64,000 bases of DNA from Candidatus Saccharimonadales bacterium (GCA_035510715.1 DATKGQ010000019.1:15153-79152), one strand, 5' to 3'. Numbered from the stretch's first letter, positions 45,777 to 57,426 are shown. Numbers and translations are program-made. The notes: generated by a model from the sequence alone, not told the origin.

Positions 45777-47372
45777 CTAGTAACCGAAACGAATTGGTTT
45801 TAAGGCAATTTTTTTAAGCTTAGCCAGGATTGACTTAGCTTCTTCGAGTCCGAATAACACCGACATCGTCAGGTAGACTAATCCAGTCACACCGGCAATC
45901 AGCGATAATTTACTGCCCAGAGCAATTACGCCACGGTCTTTCAGCTCTAACGGGAACAACTGGACCATAATAAAGCCAGCCACCACGCTGAAACCGGTTA
46001 CTGAAATTATTTTGACCAGGCCATATAAGAATTTCAGGTCAAGTAATTTATGGTCACGTTTCACCATAATAATAGACAGCGTGAAGACTTCCAGCATGGC
46101 CGACAATGATTGGCTGATCGCCAGTCCGCTGACACCGTAGCCGTGAGGCGCCGGCCGGGCCAGAAAAGTCACCAAGGTAATGTTAATGATAATGATAATG
46201 ACTGATACGCATAACGGCGTAATGGTGTCTTTATGGGAGTAAAACCAGCGCGAGATAATCGTATAGAGCACCGCGAAGAAAATAAAGACCGTCAAGAAAC
46301 CGAAAATGGTGGCAATATTATTGCTGGCGTTGGTAAAAATTATCCGGGCCAGGTACCCCCGGGTATAGAAGCATATTACCGCTACCGGCATAGCTACCCA
46401 GATCATTGCCCGGACAACCTGTAAAAATTCCTTACGGAACAAATCCGGCCGGCCCTGCGACAGGCGGTTGTTCATTTGCGGAAAGGCAGCTGTGCTGATC
46501 GCCGTACCGATCAGAAAGGTCGGTGCTGTGGCCAGGACATAGGCGTTGGCATAAAAACTTATATTGCCGGTTCCCAGCCGGCGGGCAAAGTGGGTTTCAA
46601 CAATACTCTCAACCTGATCAATACCCTGGTCAAGCGAGCGTGGGGGTAACTGGCGGAGAACCGTTTTAAAATCTGCACTCCGCCAAAGAATTTTTGGCGA
46701 CCAGTGAAAGTTAGTTCCGAACAGGCCGGTGCAAACGACAGCCAGTTGCAGCACGGCGCCGCACAGGGCGCCGATACCTAGCCCGATAATTCCGATGTTA
46801 TGCCTAAAGATGAAGATACTGGCGATAATCAAGGCGTTATAGAACATTGGCGCCAGGGCATAAAAGAAAAACCGGCCGAGCGCCTGTTGGGTAGCGGTCA
46901 GAACACCGGATATGGTAAATAAAAGCGGGTTAAAGGCCAGAAAACGCATGATTGTGACAGTATTGTGCAGTTGCTGAGGCGTTAAGTTAGGCGAAATAAT
47001 GTAGTGCACCATCGGTTCGGCAAAAATGAAAATCAATACGCCGACAACGAACATGACCATTACCAGTAAGTTAAGCAGGCTGGTTGAAATTTCCCACATT
47101 CCCCGCTTATCACCCTTGTGCAGACGATCGGCTAAGACCGGCATGAAGGCTACGCCCAGTGCTCCGGCGGCCAAGGTAAAGAAGAAAAAGTCCGGAATAT
47201 TAAACGCCGCGAAGTAAGAGTCGGTACTGCCGGGACCGGTCAGCGGAAAGTTACCATTAACCAGTTTGGTCCTTAAGAAACCAAGCCCCTGACCAAGCAT
47301 AGCGCTACCGACCAGCAGAGTGGCAATATTCGTAAGACCGGGGTGTGTTCTTTTCTTCGTTGTTGGATTCAT
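45777..47372 (-). CDS. murJ: Lipid II flippase MurJ (MviN)
   Basis: 531 aa, about 14 TM helices. GFLRTKLV, YFAAFNIPDFFF and LAPMFYN resemble MurJ/MOP motifs. Confidence 0.85.
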   Translation of the reverse strand: MNPTTKKRTHPGLTNIATLLVGSAMLGQGLGFLRTKLVNGNFPLTGPGSTDSYFAAFNIPDFFFFTLAAGALGVAFMPVLADRLHKGDKRGMWEISTSLLNLLVMVMFVVGVLIFIFAEPMVHYIISPNLTPQQLHNTVTIMRFLAFNPLLFTISGVLTATQQALGRFFFYALAPMFYNALIIASIFIFRHNIGIIGLGIGALCGAVLQLAVVCTGLFGTNFHWSPKILWRSADFKTVLRQLPPRSLDQGIDQVESIVETHFARRLGTGNISFYANAYVLATAPTFLIGTAISTAAFPQMNNRLSQGRPDLFRKEFLQVVRAMIWVAMPVAVICFYTRGYLARIIFTNASNNIATIFGFLTVFIFFAVLYTIISRWFYSHKDTITPLCVSVIIIIINITLVTFLARPAPHGYGVSGLAISQSLSAMLEVFTLSIIMVKRDHKLLDLKFLYGLVKIISVTGFSVVAGFIMVQLFPLELKDRGVIALGSKLSLIAGVTGLVYLTMSVLFGLEEAKSILAKLKKIALKPIRFGY

Positions 47373-47449
47373 TTAAATAAGACTTACTCCAAGTATAAAA
47401 CAGCCATGACTACTATGTCACTTTAAAATTACACGAAAAATAAACTCAT

Positions 47450-48502
47450 TCAAACAATCAGGCCGCCGCCGACACAGTGGTTATCAGCTTCATAGATCAC
47501 CGCTGATTGACCAGCCGTAACAGCCCTGACATCTTCTGCCAAAGTCAGCCTCAACCGGTTGCGTGACAATTTCCGCATCCCGGTAATAGCTACCGGCGCC
47601 GAACGGTAGCGGACACAGACTTCGTGGCGGCTGGTTCCATCAGGCGGGCCGTTAATCCAGTGGATGTCGCCCAGGTCGATCGAGTGCCGCCATAACTGTT
47701 CATCCTGCAAGTCAGTCGTAACAAAAATCTTATTCCGCATAATATCTTTACCGGTGACATAGTAAGGCAAACCGCCGCCGACATGCAGACCATGGCGTTG
47801 GCCAATAGTATATAAAATTGCCCCGTCATGCGTACCGACCAGTTTGCCGTTTTGATCGATAATTGGTCCCGTGGTTTGGGGGCCGAGTTCGGCTACCAGG
47901 AATTCGGCAATCGGAATCTCGCCGATAAAGCATATCCCCTGGCTGTCTTTTTTGTCCGCCGTGGCCAAATTTAAATGCTTGGCGATAGACCGGATTTGCG
48001 GTTTGGTGTAGGTACCCAGCGGCATAATCGTCTGGCTCAGGGCTTTGGCGCTCACCCGGTACAAAAAATACGTCTGATCCTTATTGCTGTCTTGGGCCCT
48101 AAACAACTTACCGCCAACCAGCCGGGCGTAATGTCCGGTGGCAATCATATCAGCACCGTCATCAAGAGCAGTCTGTAAAAACAATTTAAATTTTATTTCC
48201 TGGTTGCATAAAACATCCGGATTAGGAGTACGGCCGGCCCGGTACTCTTCAAGCATAACTGCCACCACCTGCTGGCGGTACTGTAACTCAAAATCATAAA
48301 CTTTAAAGGGTATATCCAATTGCACGGCCACTCTTTTGGCATCCTGAAAATCTGTTTTCCAGGAACAGCTGTAGCCGGCTACACTAGCAGTCCAATTCTT
48401 CATATACACACCTGTCACACTGTAACCTTGTTGCTTGAGCAGGGCGGCGGTAACCGAGCTGTCAACGCCGCCGGACATACCGACATATACTTTTTTAGTC
48501 AT
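47450..48502 (-). CDS. mnmA: tRNA 2-thiouridine(34) synthase
   Basis: VYVGMSGGVDSSVTAALL PP-loop, NPDVLCN, ATGHYAR, KDQTYFL. Confidence 0.95.
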   Translation of the reverse strand: MTKKVYVGMSGGVDSSVTAALLKQQGYSVTGVYMKNWTASVAGYSCSWKTDFQDAKRVAVQLDIPFKVYDFELQYRQQVVAVMLEEYRAGRTPNPDVLCNQEIKFKLFLQTALDDGADMIATGHYARLVGGKLFRAQDSNKDQTYFLYRVSAKALSQTIMPLGTYTKPQIRSIAKHLNLATADKKDSQGICFIGEIPIAEFLVAELGPQTTGPIIDQNGKLVGTHDGAILYTIGQRHGLHVGGGLPYYVTGKDIMRNKIFVTTDLQDEQLWRHSIDLGDIHWINGPPDGTSRHEVCVRYRSAPVAITGMRKLSRNRLRLTLAEDVRAVTAGQSAVIYEADNHCVGGGLIV

Positions 48503-48531
48503 AATCTGATAATAATAGCAAATTAAACAGC

Positions 48532-49494
48532 TTACTGATAGCGCATTTGTTCATCACTGCGCTCAATCCGGCGCCGCAGACTGAACAGTTCATAACGTTG
48601 TCCGAGCCAAAATGAAATCAGCAGCAGCGGCAACATGACAACCGCCGGCCACCAAATTACTTTGGTAACTGTTTGGACCGGTGACGTGGTTGTCGCTAAT
48701 TGGGTTTTCGTGCCGTTGGCTAGACCGACTAATTGCAGAAAGGCCGTTTCACCGTTCTTGTCTGTCGCTTGGATTGTAATAGTATAGGTGCCGGCATCCT
48801 TATAAGTATGGGTAAGCGTGACATTCCCCTGGCTGGCTTCGCTAAGCAGCTGCCGCTGGCCGCCGTCACCCCAATCTATACTCAGCGCGTAGGGCGTCGT
48901 ACCGCCGTTAATAATTATCGGCCAGCTGATTTGTTGATTCGGATTGGCCCCCTGCTTGGCATATATGCTGGTCAGCGACAAACTTATGCCGAAGGCGGCC
49001 AATTGCGGGTTATTGTAGCTGACAGTTACGGAGTTGGATACCGGACCAGCCTGGCCGAGGTTGTCATAGTCGTCAGCCGTCAGCACATTCTGGTTATAAA
49101 AAAGTGTTACTTGCAGCGAAAAGCTGCCACCGGCGCACATTGTCGAACCAATAAAGGTGTTATTCGAAAATACTTTTATCAACAAACCATTCAGACAGAG
49201 GCCGGCAACGGTAATCGGTTGAGACGTAAAGGTTTGTCCGTTAGTCGGTGTTGTTATCGTGGCTGGTTGGCTCGGCGGCGGACCAGAGACAGTACCCTCC
49301 AGGCCGATTGAGCCGTTTTGGGGGTTTTGCGGCGCAGTCGCCGCTGCAGCCAAAGCACCAGAAGATAAGATTAATATTATACCTAGTAAAATACCAGCAA
49401 TATAGCGACAGATTTTACTGCCGAAGAGTTTTTTCCATAACAGATCATAAAAGACTTTTGAACGTGTGCGCACAACTAACCTAAAGTATAGCAC
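48532..49494 (-). CDS. Surface protein with signal/anchor, Ig-like domain, PKD domain and C-terminal TM anchor
   Basis: IDWGDGGQ....THTYKDAGTYTITIQATDKNG is the PKD signature. ITTPTNGQTFTSQPITVAG...GSFSLQV is Big/Ig-like. C-terminal helix VIWWPAVVMLPLLLISFWL followed by a basic tail. Confidence 0.7.
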   Translation of the reverse strand: MLYFRLVVRTRSKVFYDLLWKKLFGSKICRYIAGILLGIILILSSGALAAAATAPQNPQNGSIGLEGTVSGPPPSQPATITTPTNGQTFTSQPITVAGLCLNGLLIKVFSNNTFIGSTMCAGGSFSLQVTLFYNQNVLTADDYDNLGQAGPVSNSVTVSYNNPQLAAFGISLSLTSIYAKQGANPNQQISWPIIINGGTTPYALSIDWGDGGQRQLLSEASQGNVTLTHTYKDAGTYTITIQATDKNGETAFLQLVGLANGTKTQLATTTSPVQTVTKVIWWPAVVMLPLLLISFWLGQRYELFSLRRRIERSDEQMRYQ

Positions 49495-49550
49495 CTAAAA
49501 GCATAGGCACTTTTTCCCTAGCCGCAAAAAACATTTGTACCTTGGTGTAA

Positions 49551-50627
49551 TTAAGACCGGAATCGGATTTTATGAATCAGCCAGGACACGGCGTATAGCA
49601 CTGCACCCAGTACCACCAAAACGATGATCAAGAACCAGTACGGCAAGTACCAGAAAGTCGTGGTTGCCAGGATCTGCTGTGTCGGGTTGCCGTTCAAGCC
49701 GTAATAGACAGCCAATTCGGCGGTGTAACGGCCAGGCCCCAGTTTCGGGTTCTCACAGACAATCTGACTGGACTTCATCCCATTCGGGCCGGTAATTTGC
49801 TTACTTCCAACCTTAATACAGGCTTCAAAGCGCCTGGTTTGGCCAATTAGGGCCAGCGAATCATTGGGGTTTGCGCTGGTAATTTCGCGGACTACTTTGC
49901 CATGGAAATTCTTAAGCAGAATGCTGCCGGATGGTTGTTCGGCAACATTGCCTTCATTGTCCAGTAAATAGGCTAACTCTTTCGGCTCCGACGTAAAGAA
50001 CCAATTTATAAATTGTCCGGTTTGGTCATCGGCGCTAGGCACAAATGCGCCATACTGGACAAGACGCATCTGTTCGGTTGTCTTGCCGGGGACAGTCACA
50101 AAGATTAAGCTGGCACTCGATGCGGCCACGCCGAGATTGCCCTTGCCGCTAATACTTTGGGCGGCATATTCAACCGCGCTGTAGTAACTGCCTGCCCCCT
50201 GGTTAGCCGGTATGACGATGGTAAAAGGAATACTTGTGGATGATGAGGCGGCAACAGTCACAGTCTTGGGGATAGTAATAAATGGCTTGATTGACCAGGC
50301 TGTTTGCGGGGCGTTGGGCGCAATTATCAGTACCGGAGCACCGCTTTTATTGGCGGCCTTAAAATCAACAATCTTAACGACTACTGTCAAAGCCTGGGTT
50401 GAGCTCAGATCAGACAGATAAAGCGTGCCTGACTGCTGTTGGCCGGCATTAATCGTGAAGTCTTCCCTGGGGGTGATACCAAGCCCGTTAGATTGGGCGC
50501 TGGCGGTTAATGGTAAGAGCGTCAGCAATAACAGAATGGTGCTCATTACTCCGGTAATCAGAAGTTTTGCTAGTTGGAATGGACGCTTGGGGTAACTATT
50601 ACGGAACATTATACAAAATTCTATCAT
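49551..50627 (-). CDS. DUF916/DUF3324-like cell-surface protein (signal peptide, C-terminal TM anchor)
   Basis: Signal peptide ending LTASA-QS. ITPREDFTINAGQQQSGTLYLSDLS...VVVKIVDF and TIVIPANQGAGSYYSAVEY resemble DUF916 strands. C-terminal WFLIIVLVVLGAVLYAVSWL followed by HKIRFRS. Its start lies 1 nt after the upstream gene's stop. Confidence 0.6.
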   Translation of the reverse strand: MIEFCIMFRNSYPKRPFQLAKLLITGVMSTILLLLTLLPLTASAQSNGLGITPREDFTINAGQQQSGTLYLSDLSSTQALTVVVKIVDFKAANKSGAPVLIIAPNAPQTAWSIKPFITIPKTVTVAASSSTSIPFTIVIPANQGAGSYYSAVEYAAQSISGKGNLGVAASSASLIFVTVPGKTTEQMRLVQYGAFVPSADDQTGQFINWFFTSEPKELAYLLDNEGNVAEQPSGSILLKNFHGKVVREITSANPNDSLALIGQTRRFEACIKVGSKQITGPNGMKSSQIVCENPKLGPGRYTAELAVYYGLNGNPTQQILATTTFWYLPYWFLIIVLVVLGAVLYAVSWLIHKIRFRS

Positions 50628-50628
50628 T

Positions 50629-51660
50629 TTAGAAGCTTGCCGTACAGATATATGTTAGTGTCGTGTCGTAAATGCCGACGGTTTGTGACGAGGATATATT
50701 AACAATGTAGCTGACAGTCAGTTTCGCCAGATTTGTCGGACCAGGCGAATAAGCAACTAAATCGCCGGAGTTAAACTGGTACTCGTTGGACACGTCATAG
50801 GCTGTAGCCAGCATGGTTGAGCCGCCGGCCGGATCATTGCCGATTACCGGGTTGGTATTAGCCCGGAGATTGAGGCCGAATTGCGAAGTGCCGATAGTAT
50901 TTGCCGTTTGCGAAGCAAGATTTTTGATAACGTAACTACCCGAGGTCATGGTTGTACCGTTGACTGTTATAACAACACCCGAATTAGCATTGGTACCGAC
51001 TTCCATCATTGATGTCGCGGCCGAAGTTTTAAGTGAGCTGAAATCCCCGAATTGGATAAAATAGCCGCTGGCGGTTGAACAGTTACCGGGAATAGTCAGT
51101 CCGGCACAAAAGTCAAGAATCGGCGGCACCACGGTATTGATACTCACTCCCGTGGAAGTGGCTGATGCTACCGCGCCATAATCCGTATAGGGGCCTGTCC
51201 CGTCAAATGTGGGGAAAGTCGAGATACGGACAAAAAAAGTTTGCACCGGATTTGACGGATTAGCCATATTGCTAAAAATATACTGTACCTGTTCGGAGTG
51301 GCCCGGAGCCGGCGGACGCTCCAAAAGTATCATATTGCTATCCTGCTGATAGATTACAAAGCCCGTTTCGCCGCTTTGCTCTGCTAAAACGCCATTCGAG
51401 GCGTCAAGACCGGCCGGCGAATCGCAGGGTTCAATTACCAGCGGCATGGTACAAAACAAAAAACTGATCGAGCCAACATTGGTATTATCAGGCAGCGTAA
51501 ACGTAAAAGCATAGTCATTAACTGCCGATGGTACCGGACTACTGATCTCCAGGCTGCGGAAGTTTAATGCGGCGGCCCGGACTAACACCGGTGATGACAG
51601 GCTGATACCAATCATTACCGCCAGCAAACATTCTGCAAATGCATATTTTATCTTAGGCAT
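50629..51660 (-). CDS. Secreted beta-rich surface protein, paralog family member P3
   Basis: Signal peptide. Shares FTFTLPDNTNVGSISFLFCTMPL...C.SPAGLDAS, TFFVRIS, QFGLNLRAN and the C-terminal GIYDTTLTYICTASF with the 409-aa neighbour. Confidence 0.7.
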   Translation of the reverse strand: MPKIKYAFAECLLAVMIGISLSSPVLVRAAALNFRSLEISSPVPSAVNDYAFTFTLPDNTNVGSISFLFCTMPLVIEPCDSPAGLDASNGVLAEQSGETGFVIYQQDSNMILLERPPAPGHSEQVQYIFSNMANPSNPVQTFFVRISTFPTFDGTGPYTDYGAVASATSTGVSINTVVPPILDFCAGLTIPGNCSTASGYFIQFGDFSSLKTSAATSMMEVGTNANSGVVITVNGTTMTSGSYVIKNLASQTANTIGTSQFGLNLRANTNPVIGNDPAGGSTMLATAYDVSNEYQFNSGDLVAYSPGPTNLAKLTVSYIVNISSSQTVGIYDTTLTYICTASF

Positions 51661-51701
51661 TACTTAATACTTTACTATGCTTTAGTGAATGTTTTGAAGA
51701 A

Positions 51702-52931
51702 CTAATAGGTTGGAACAGCAATATAGGTGATTGTAGTGGTATAGATACCGGCCGGCGTAGCGTAGGCGATGTTAGCCATATATCGGACTGAACCGGTATC
51801 GCAGATAATGATGCCGGTTGATGACGAAATAATTTTAGGATTTGTGACGCTGGAAGTATCAAAAGCAAAATAGGCCGTACCCCCGGACGTAATCGTTCCG
51901 GCACCCTGGGAATAGTTAACCGGCGAAGAGCTGGGAGCTAAGTAGGCAAAACTGTAACCGCTGCCAGATTCGGTATCGCTGCTATCAAGCGCCAGGCCGA
52001 ATTGGGGAATACCTGGGGTACTATTGGCAGCCGTCGTACCGATAGCGGTAATGTTGTTGGTGCCGTTAGCCAGCGTTTTGCCGGAATATTCAATAACCAG
52101 CCCGTGCGTAGCATTAGTGCTAACCCGGAAGTAAGAGTGGGCGGAATAGGTAATAAGCGGACTCAAAACGCCATTGCTATCGCCAAGGGTCAGCGCTCCG
52201 GTATCGCCAAAGGGAGAACAATTACCAGCTGGCGAGGTAACAGTCGTGCCGACTGAGAAAGCCAACTCTTCCTGGACTTTAGCCGTAATATTTACTTGTG
52301 TGGCAGTCGAGCTGGCTACCGTACCCTGATCTACCGGAGTTGAAAAGGCATTATCAGAATATAGTGTAATCCTAACAAAAAATGTAGAGTTATCGGTTGT
52401 CGGGTTAGTAATATAATCTGTTGAAAGTCCGCCGAATGATATTGCCACCGCCGTTGATATATTTGTCTCGTCCCCCGGCGTTGTTCGGCTAACTTTAATG
52501 TCGCTAGTAGACGCGCTGCTTATAACAAATGGCGAACCGCCGGTGTCAGTCCAGCCGGTTTGAGATTGTACAGCAAGAACAGTGCTGGCGTTTAAGCCGG
52601 TCGGCGCGATGCAGGATGTGCCCGCTAAAGGAGTCGTGCAGTACAGAAAATCAATCGAACCGATATTTCCGGTTTGGGGCAAAATAAATGAGAACGTTTC
52701 GCCGGTCTCAGCTCCGTTACCGCCGCTGCCGGCAGCAGCCGGATTACCAGCCATGTCAGTAGTGATCGTACCATTGGCGGAGCTAGTAACCGACAAACTT
52801 CGCTGAATAAGTGCAGCCGGATAGGCGCTGACAAGCTGGACAGGTAAAAATTCCGTGGCAATCATAGCCACAAAAAATATGCCAATAAAACCGTACACCG
52901 CACGGACAATATTAGGAAATGATTTTTTCAT
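51702..52931 (-). CDS. Secreted beta-rich surface protein, paralog family member P2
   Basis: Signal peptide (VSA-YP). FSFILPQTGNIGSIDFLYCTTPL...CIAPTGLNAS, TFFVRIT, QFGLAL, C-terminal PAGIYTTTITYIAVPTY. Confidence 0.7.
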   Translation of the reverse strand: MKKSFPNIVRAVYGFIGIFFVAMIATEFLPVQLVSAYPAALIQRSLSVTSSANGTITTDMAGNPAAAGSGGNGAETGETFSFILPQTGNIGSIDFLYCTTPLAGTSCIAPTGLNASTVLAVQSQTGWTDTGGSPFVISSASTSDIKVSRTTPGDETNISTAVAISFGGLSTDYITNPTTDNSTFFVRITLYSDNAFSTPVDQGTVASSTATQVNITAKVQEELAFSVGTTVTSPAGNCSPFGDTGALTLGDSNGVLSPLITYSAHSYFRVSTNATHGLVIEYSGKTLANGTNNITAIGTTAANSTPGIPQFGLALDSSDTESGSGYSFAYLAPSSSPVNYSQGAGTITSGGTAYFAFDTSSVTNPKIISSSTGIIICDTGSVRYMANIAYATPAGIYTTTITYIAVPTY

Positions 52932-53028
52932 CTAGTTTATATAGTTTTTATTTTTTTACTACAAATTAGTTGTAGCATAAGCATCAAGCTTGTACAATAA
53001 GTTATCCACAGCCAGCACTATTTAGCAA

Positions 53029-53790
53029 TTAAAATGTCGGTACCGCCACAACGTCTACGTAGCCGGCCGTATTGGATATGTTACCGTACATCCCGGCCGG
53101 AGTTAGTGATGAAATGTTCTCTATAATTGACATCGTATATTGTGTTTCACCGGAGCTTGAATTACTGTAAGCAATGTTTGTGCCGGGCACAAACATAAAC
53201 TCGTTCTGATAATTATAATTAGGCTCGACTGCGCCGAAACTGAACGGCGGAGAACCGGCTGGTAACTGCAGCGGAACAGCCCCAATCGACGGGCTGGTAT
53301 TAGCGGTAAGGTTAACGCCAAATTGTTCCGTTCCCGGAAATGAATACGTCGGCGTCGTCAGGGGATTAAGGGGATGACCGCCCGGACCATCGGTCGGAGA
53401 ACCGCCGGAAAGCATAACAATGTAACCGGTACTGAGGTAATTCTCAACAGTAAAAGTTGTTGACGCATACGACACCGCAGAAGTGCTTAAATAACCCAGG
53501 TCGAATACCCCGCCAACCACATTAACCGCCAGTTCCGGAGTGTCTGTTGTATTAAAACCGTTTTGGGCCTGATAAGCACTCCCCTTGCTGTTGCCAACAC
53601 CAAGTTCGCCGATCGAAACTTGAGCCTGATAGCTGTTCGAAGTTGCCTGTAAGGCACTGCCGCTGCCGACAAAGACTTCATTAATCGAATAATTGGTCGA
53701 CGTATACTGCGCCAGAACCGTCGGCGAAATAATGAACAGGCCGGCCAAAATAAAACTTAAGACCGCCAAAATATAGTGCCATTTTTTCAT
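53029..53790 (-). CDS. Secreted beta-rich surface protein, short family member P1
   Basis: Signal peptide (VLA-QY). QFGVNLTAN and the C-terminal TPAGMYGNISNTAGYVDVVAVPTF are shared with P2 and P3. 253 aa, first gene of the operon. Confidence 0.65.
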   Translation of the reverse strand: MKKWHYILAVLSFILAGLFIISPTVLAQYTSTNYSINEVFVGSGSALQATSNSYQAQVSIGELGVGNSKGSAYQAQNGFNTTDTPELAVNVVGGVFDLGYLSTSAVSYASTTFTVENYLSTGYIVMLSGGSPTDGPGGHPLNPLTTPTYSFPGTEQFGVNLTANTSPSIGAVPLQLPAGSPPFSFGAVEPNYNYQNEFMFVPGTNIAYSNSSSGETQYTMSIIENISSLTPAGMYGNISNTAGYVDVVAVPTF

Positions 53791-53893
53791 GGTAACTTAA
53801 TTGTGCAATAAGCACAGTGAAAAAACAATCTGTTTACGCTTTTTCTTACTTCTTGTTATTATTAGTATTAAGTAAAGACTGGATGGGTATGAT

Positions 53894-54922
53894 ATGGAGC
53901 AAGGCGAGCCGGTAGAGGACAACGAGAACTCACTCGAAGGGTCCAGTACGGTTGTGGAATCCAGCGGCAATAACGCGGTACCGGTCAGTCAGCCGGAAAA
54001 TACCTCGGTTGAGCCGGTAGCTCCCCAACCGGAACCAATTGCCTCGCCCCCTGCCTCGCCGGCGGCAGCGCCCAAGCACCATGCCTTTAATTTCTTGAGG
54101 CATCTGAATATCTTTTTACTGTGTTTCATTTTGGTTTTTATTATCGCCGTGGTTATCGCGATTGTGGCCATTACTAAAAACCGCAACTCCACTTCCACGT
54201 CAACGCCAAGCGCTTCAACTTTAACCCAAAGCCAATTGGAAAAAATTGTCAATAACAGCAATACGACTTCAGTCGGCAGCCCCAATCAGGTTCTTAATAT
54301 TTCGGCCAGTACGATTTTTGGTGAACAGGTATTGATGCGCCAGGATCTGGATGTGGCAGGTAGTATCAAAATCGGCGGCAGTTTAGAATTACCGTCCCTC
54401 AGCGTACTTGGCACCGGTACGTTTGGGTTAATCCAAGCCGATAAATTAACGGTCTCCGGCGACAGCACCTTACAGGGTAATGTCAGTATCTCTCAGGCCT
54501 TGACTGTGGCCGGCACGACAAACTTCAGCGGCGCTGTTTCGGCCAACCAGTTGACAGTGCAATCACTGCAGCTTAACGGCGATATCGTTATCAATCACCA
54601 TATTGATACCGGCGGCCTAACACCGGCACGAACACCCGGGAATGCCTTGGGCAACGGCGGCACGGTATCAGTTAACGGCTCGGACACGGCCGGCGCAATT
54701 ACGATCGGTACCGGCAGCTCGCCGGCGCCAGGTTGTTTTGTCACTATCACTTTCGGCAAGGCTTTTAATAACACCCCAGACGTGGTTGTTACGCCGGTCG
54801 GAGTGGCAGCTAGCGGTATAGCATACTATATTACCAGATCGGCCACGGACTTTAGCATCTGCTCCAGCAGCACGCCGCCGGCTGGACAATCTTTCGGTTT
54901 CGATTACCTCGCAATTGATTAG
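53894..54922 (+). CDS. Membrane-anchored surface protein with beta-helix-like repeats and a lectin-like C-terminal domain
   Basis: Pro-rich N-terminus. TM segment IFLLCFILVFIIAVVIAIVAI. Repetitive region reading LDVAGSIKIGGSLEL...LTVSGDSTLQGNVSISQALTVAGTTNFSGAVSANQLTV. C-terminal TITFGKAFNNTPDVVVTPVG...YYITRSATDFSI resembles an H-type lectin fold pattern. Confidence 0.6.
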   Translation: MEQGEPVEDNENSLEGSSTVVESSGNNAVPVSQPENTSVEPVAPQPEPIASPPASPAAAPKHHAFNFLRHLNIFLLCFILVFIIAVVIAIVAITKNRNSTSTSTPSASTLTQSQLEKIVNNSNTTSVGSPNQVLNISASTIFGEQVLMRQDLDVAGSIKIGGSLELPSLSVLGTGTFGLIQADKLTVSGDSTLQGNVSISQALTVAGTTNFSGAVSANQLTVQSLQLNGDIVINHHIDTGGLTPARTPGNALGNGGTVSVNGSDTAGAITIGTGSSPAPGCFVTITFGKAFNNTPDVVVTPVGVAASGIAYYITRSATDFSICSSSTPPAGQSFGFDYLAID

Positions 54923-54960
54923 CCAGCCAGGATAAACAAGTTATCAGACTTTAAAAAAGT

Positions 54961-55272
54961 TTAAATATCGAGAAAAACTGTTACCTGGTTGGCTTTAACA
55001 TGCATAATGCCCCGGGCAATCCTGATACGCAGCGTATCATCAACAGTGTGGATTACTAGCTCGCACGGATTAAGCAGGGTAATAAAATTATGATGCCTGG
55101 GCAGGATGTCAAAAGGTCCGGTATTGTTAACGGCCGAGATACTCAGCGCGTCCCGGTCAAAGTAGGTCTGAAAAGGGGAATGGACTTTGACATGCAACTG
55201 TTCAACGGCTGACGGTTGGTTTAAAATAACCGTTTGATTAGAGCCGGGCCGGTCGGTCGGTAAAGTTGCCAT
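54961..55272 (-). CDS. atpC: F-type ATPase epsilon subunit (short, beta-sandwich only)
   Basis: 103 aa. FDRDALSISAVNNTGPFDILPRHHNFITLL matches the epsilon N-terminal domain (G.fgiLp.H.p....L). No C-terminal helical hairpin. Confidence 0.75.
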   Translation of the reverse strand: MATLPTDRPGSNQTVILNQPSAVEQLHVKVHSPFQTYFDRDALSISAVNNTGPFDILPRHHNFITLLNPCELVIHTVDDTLRIRIARGIMHVKANQVTVFLDI

Positions 55273-55274
55273 AA

Positions 55275-57426
<2,152 letters not shown>

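Noticed and set aside
48733-49311. 192-aa plus-strand ORF antisense to the PKD-domain gene
   Set aside because: The minus-strand frame carries a recognisable PKD signature, a signal peptide and an anchor. The antisense product is Arg-rich with no features.
52932-53028. Hairpin CTACAA-ATTAG-TTGTAG between P1 and P2 as a terminator
   Set aside because: On the transcribed (minus) strand it is followed by an A-run, not a U-run. On the plus strand the T-run precedes the stem. It is not a canonical intrinsic terminator.
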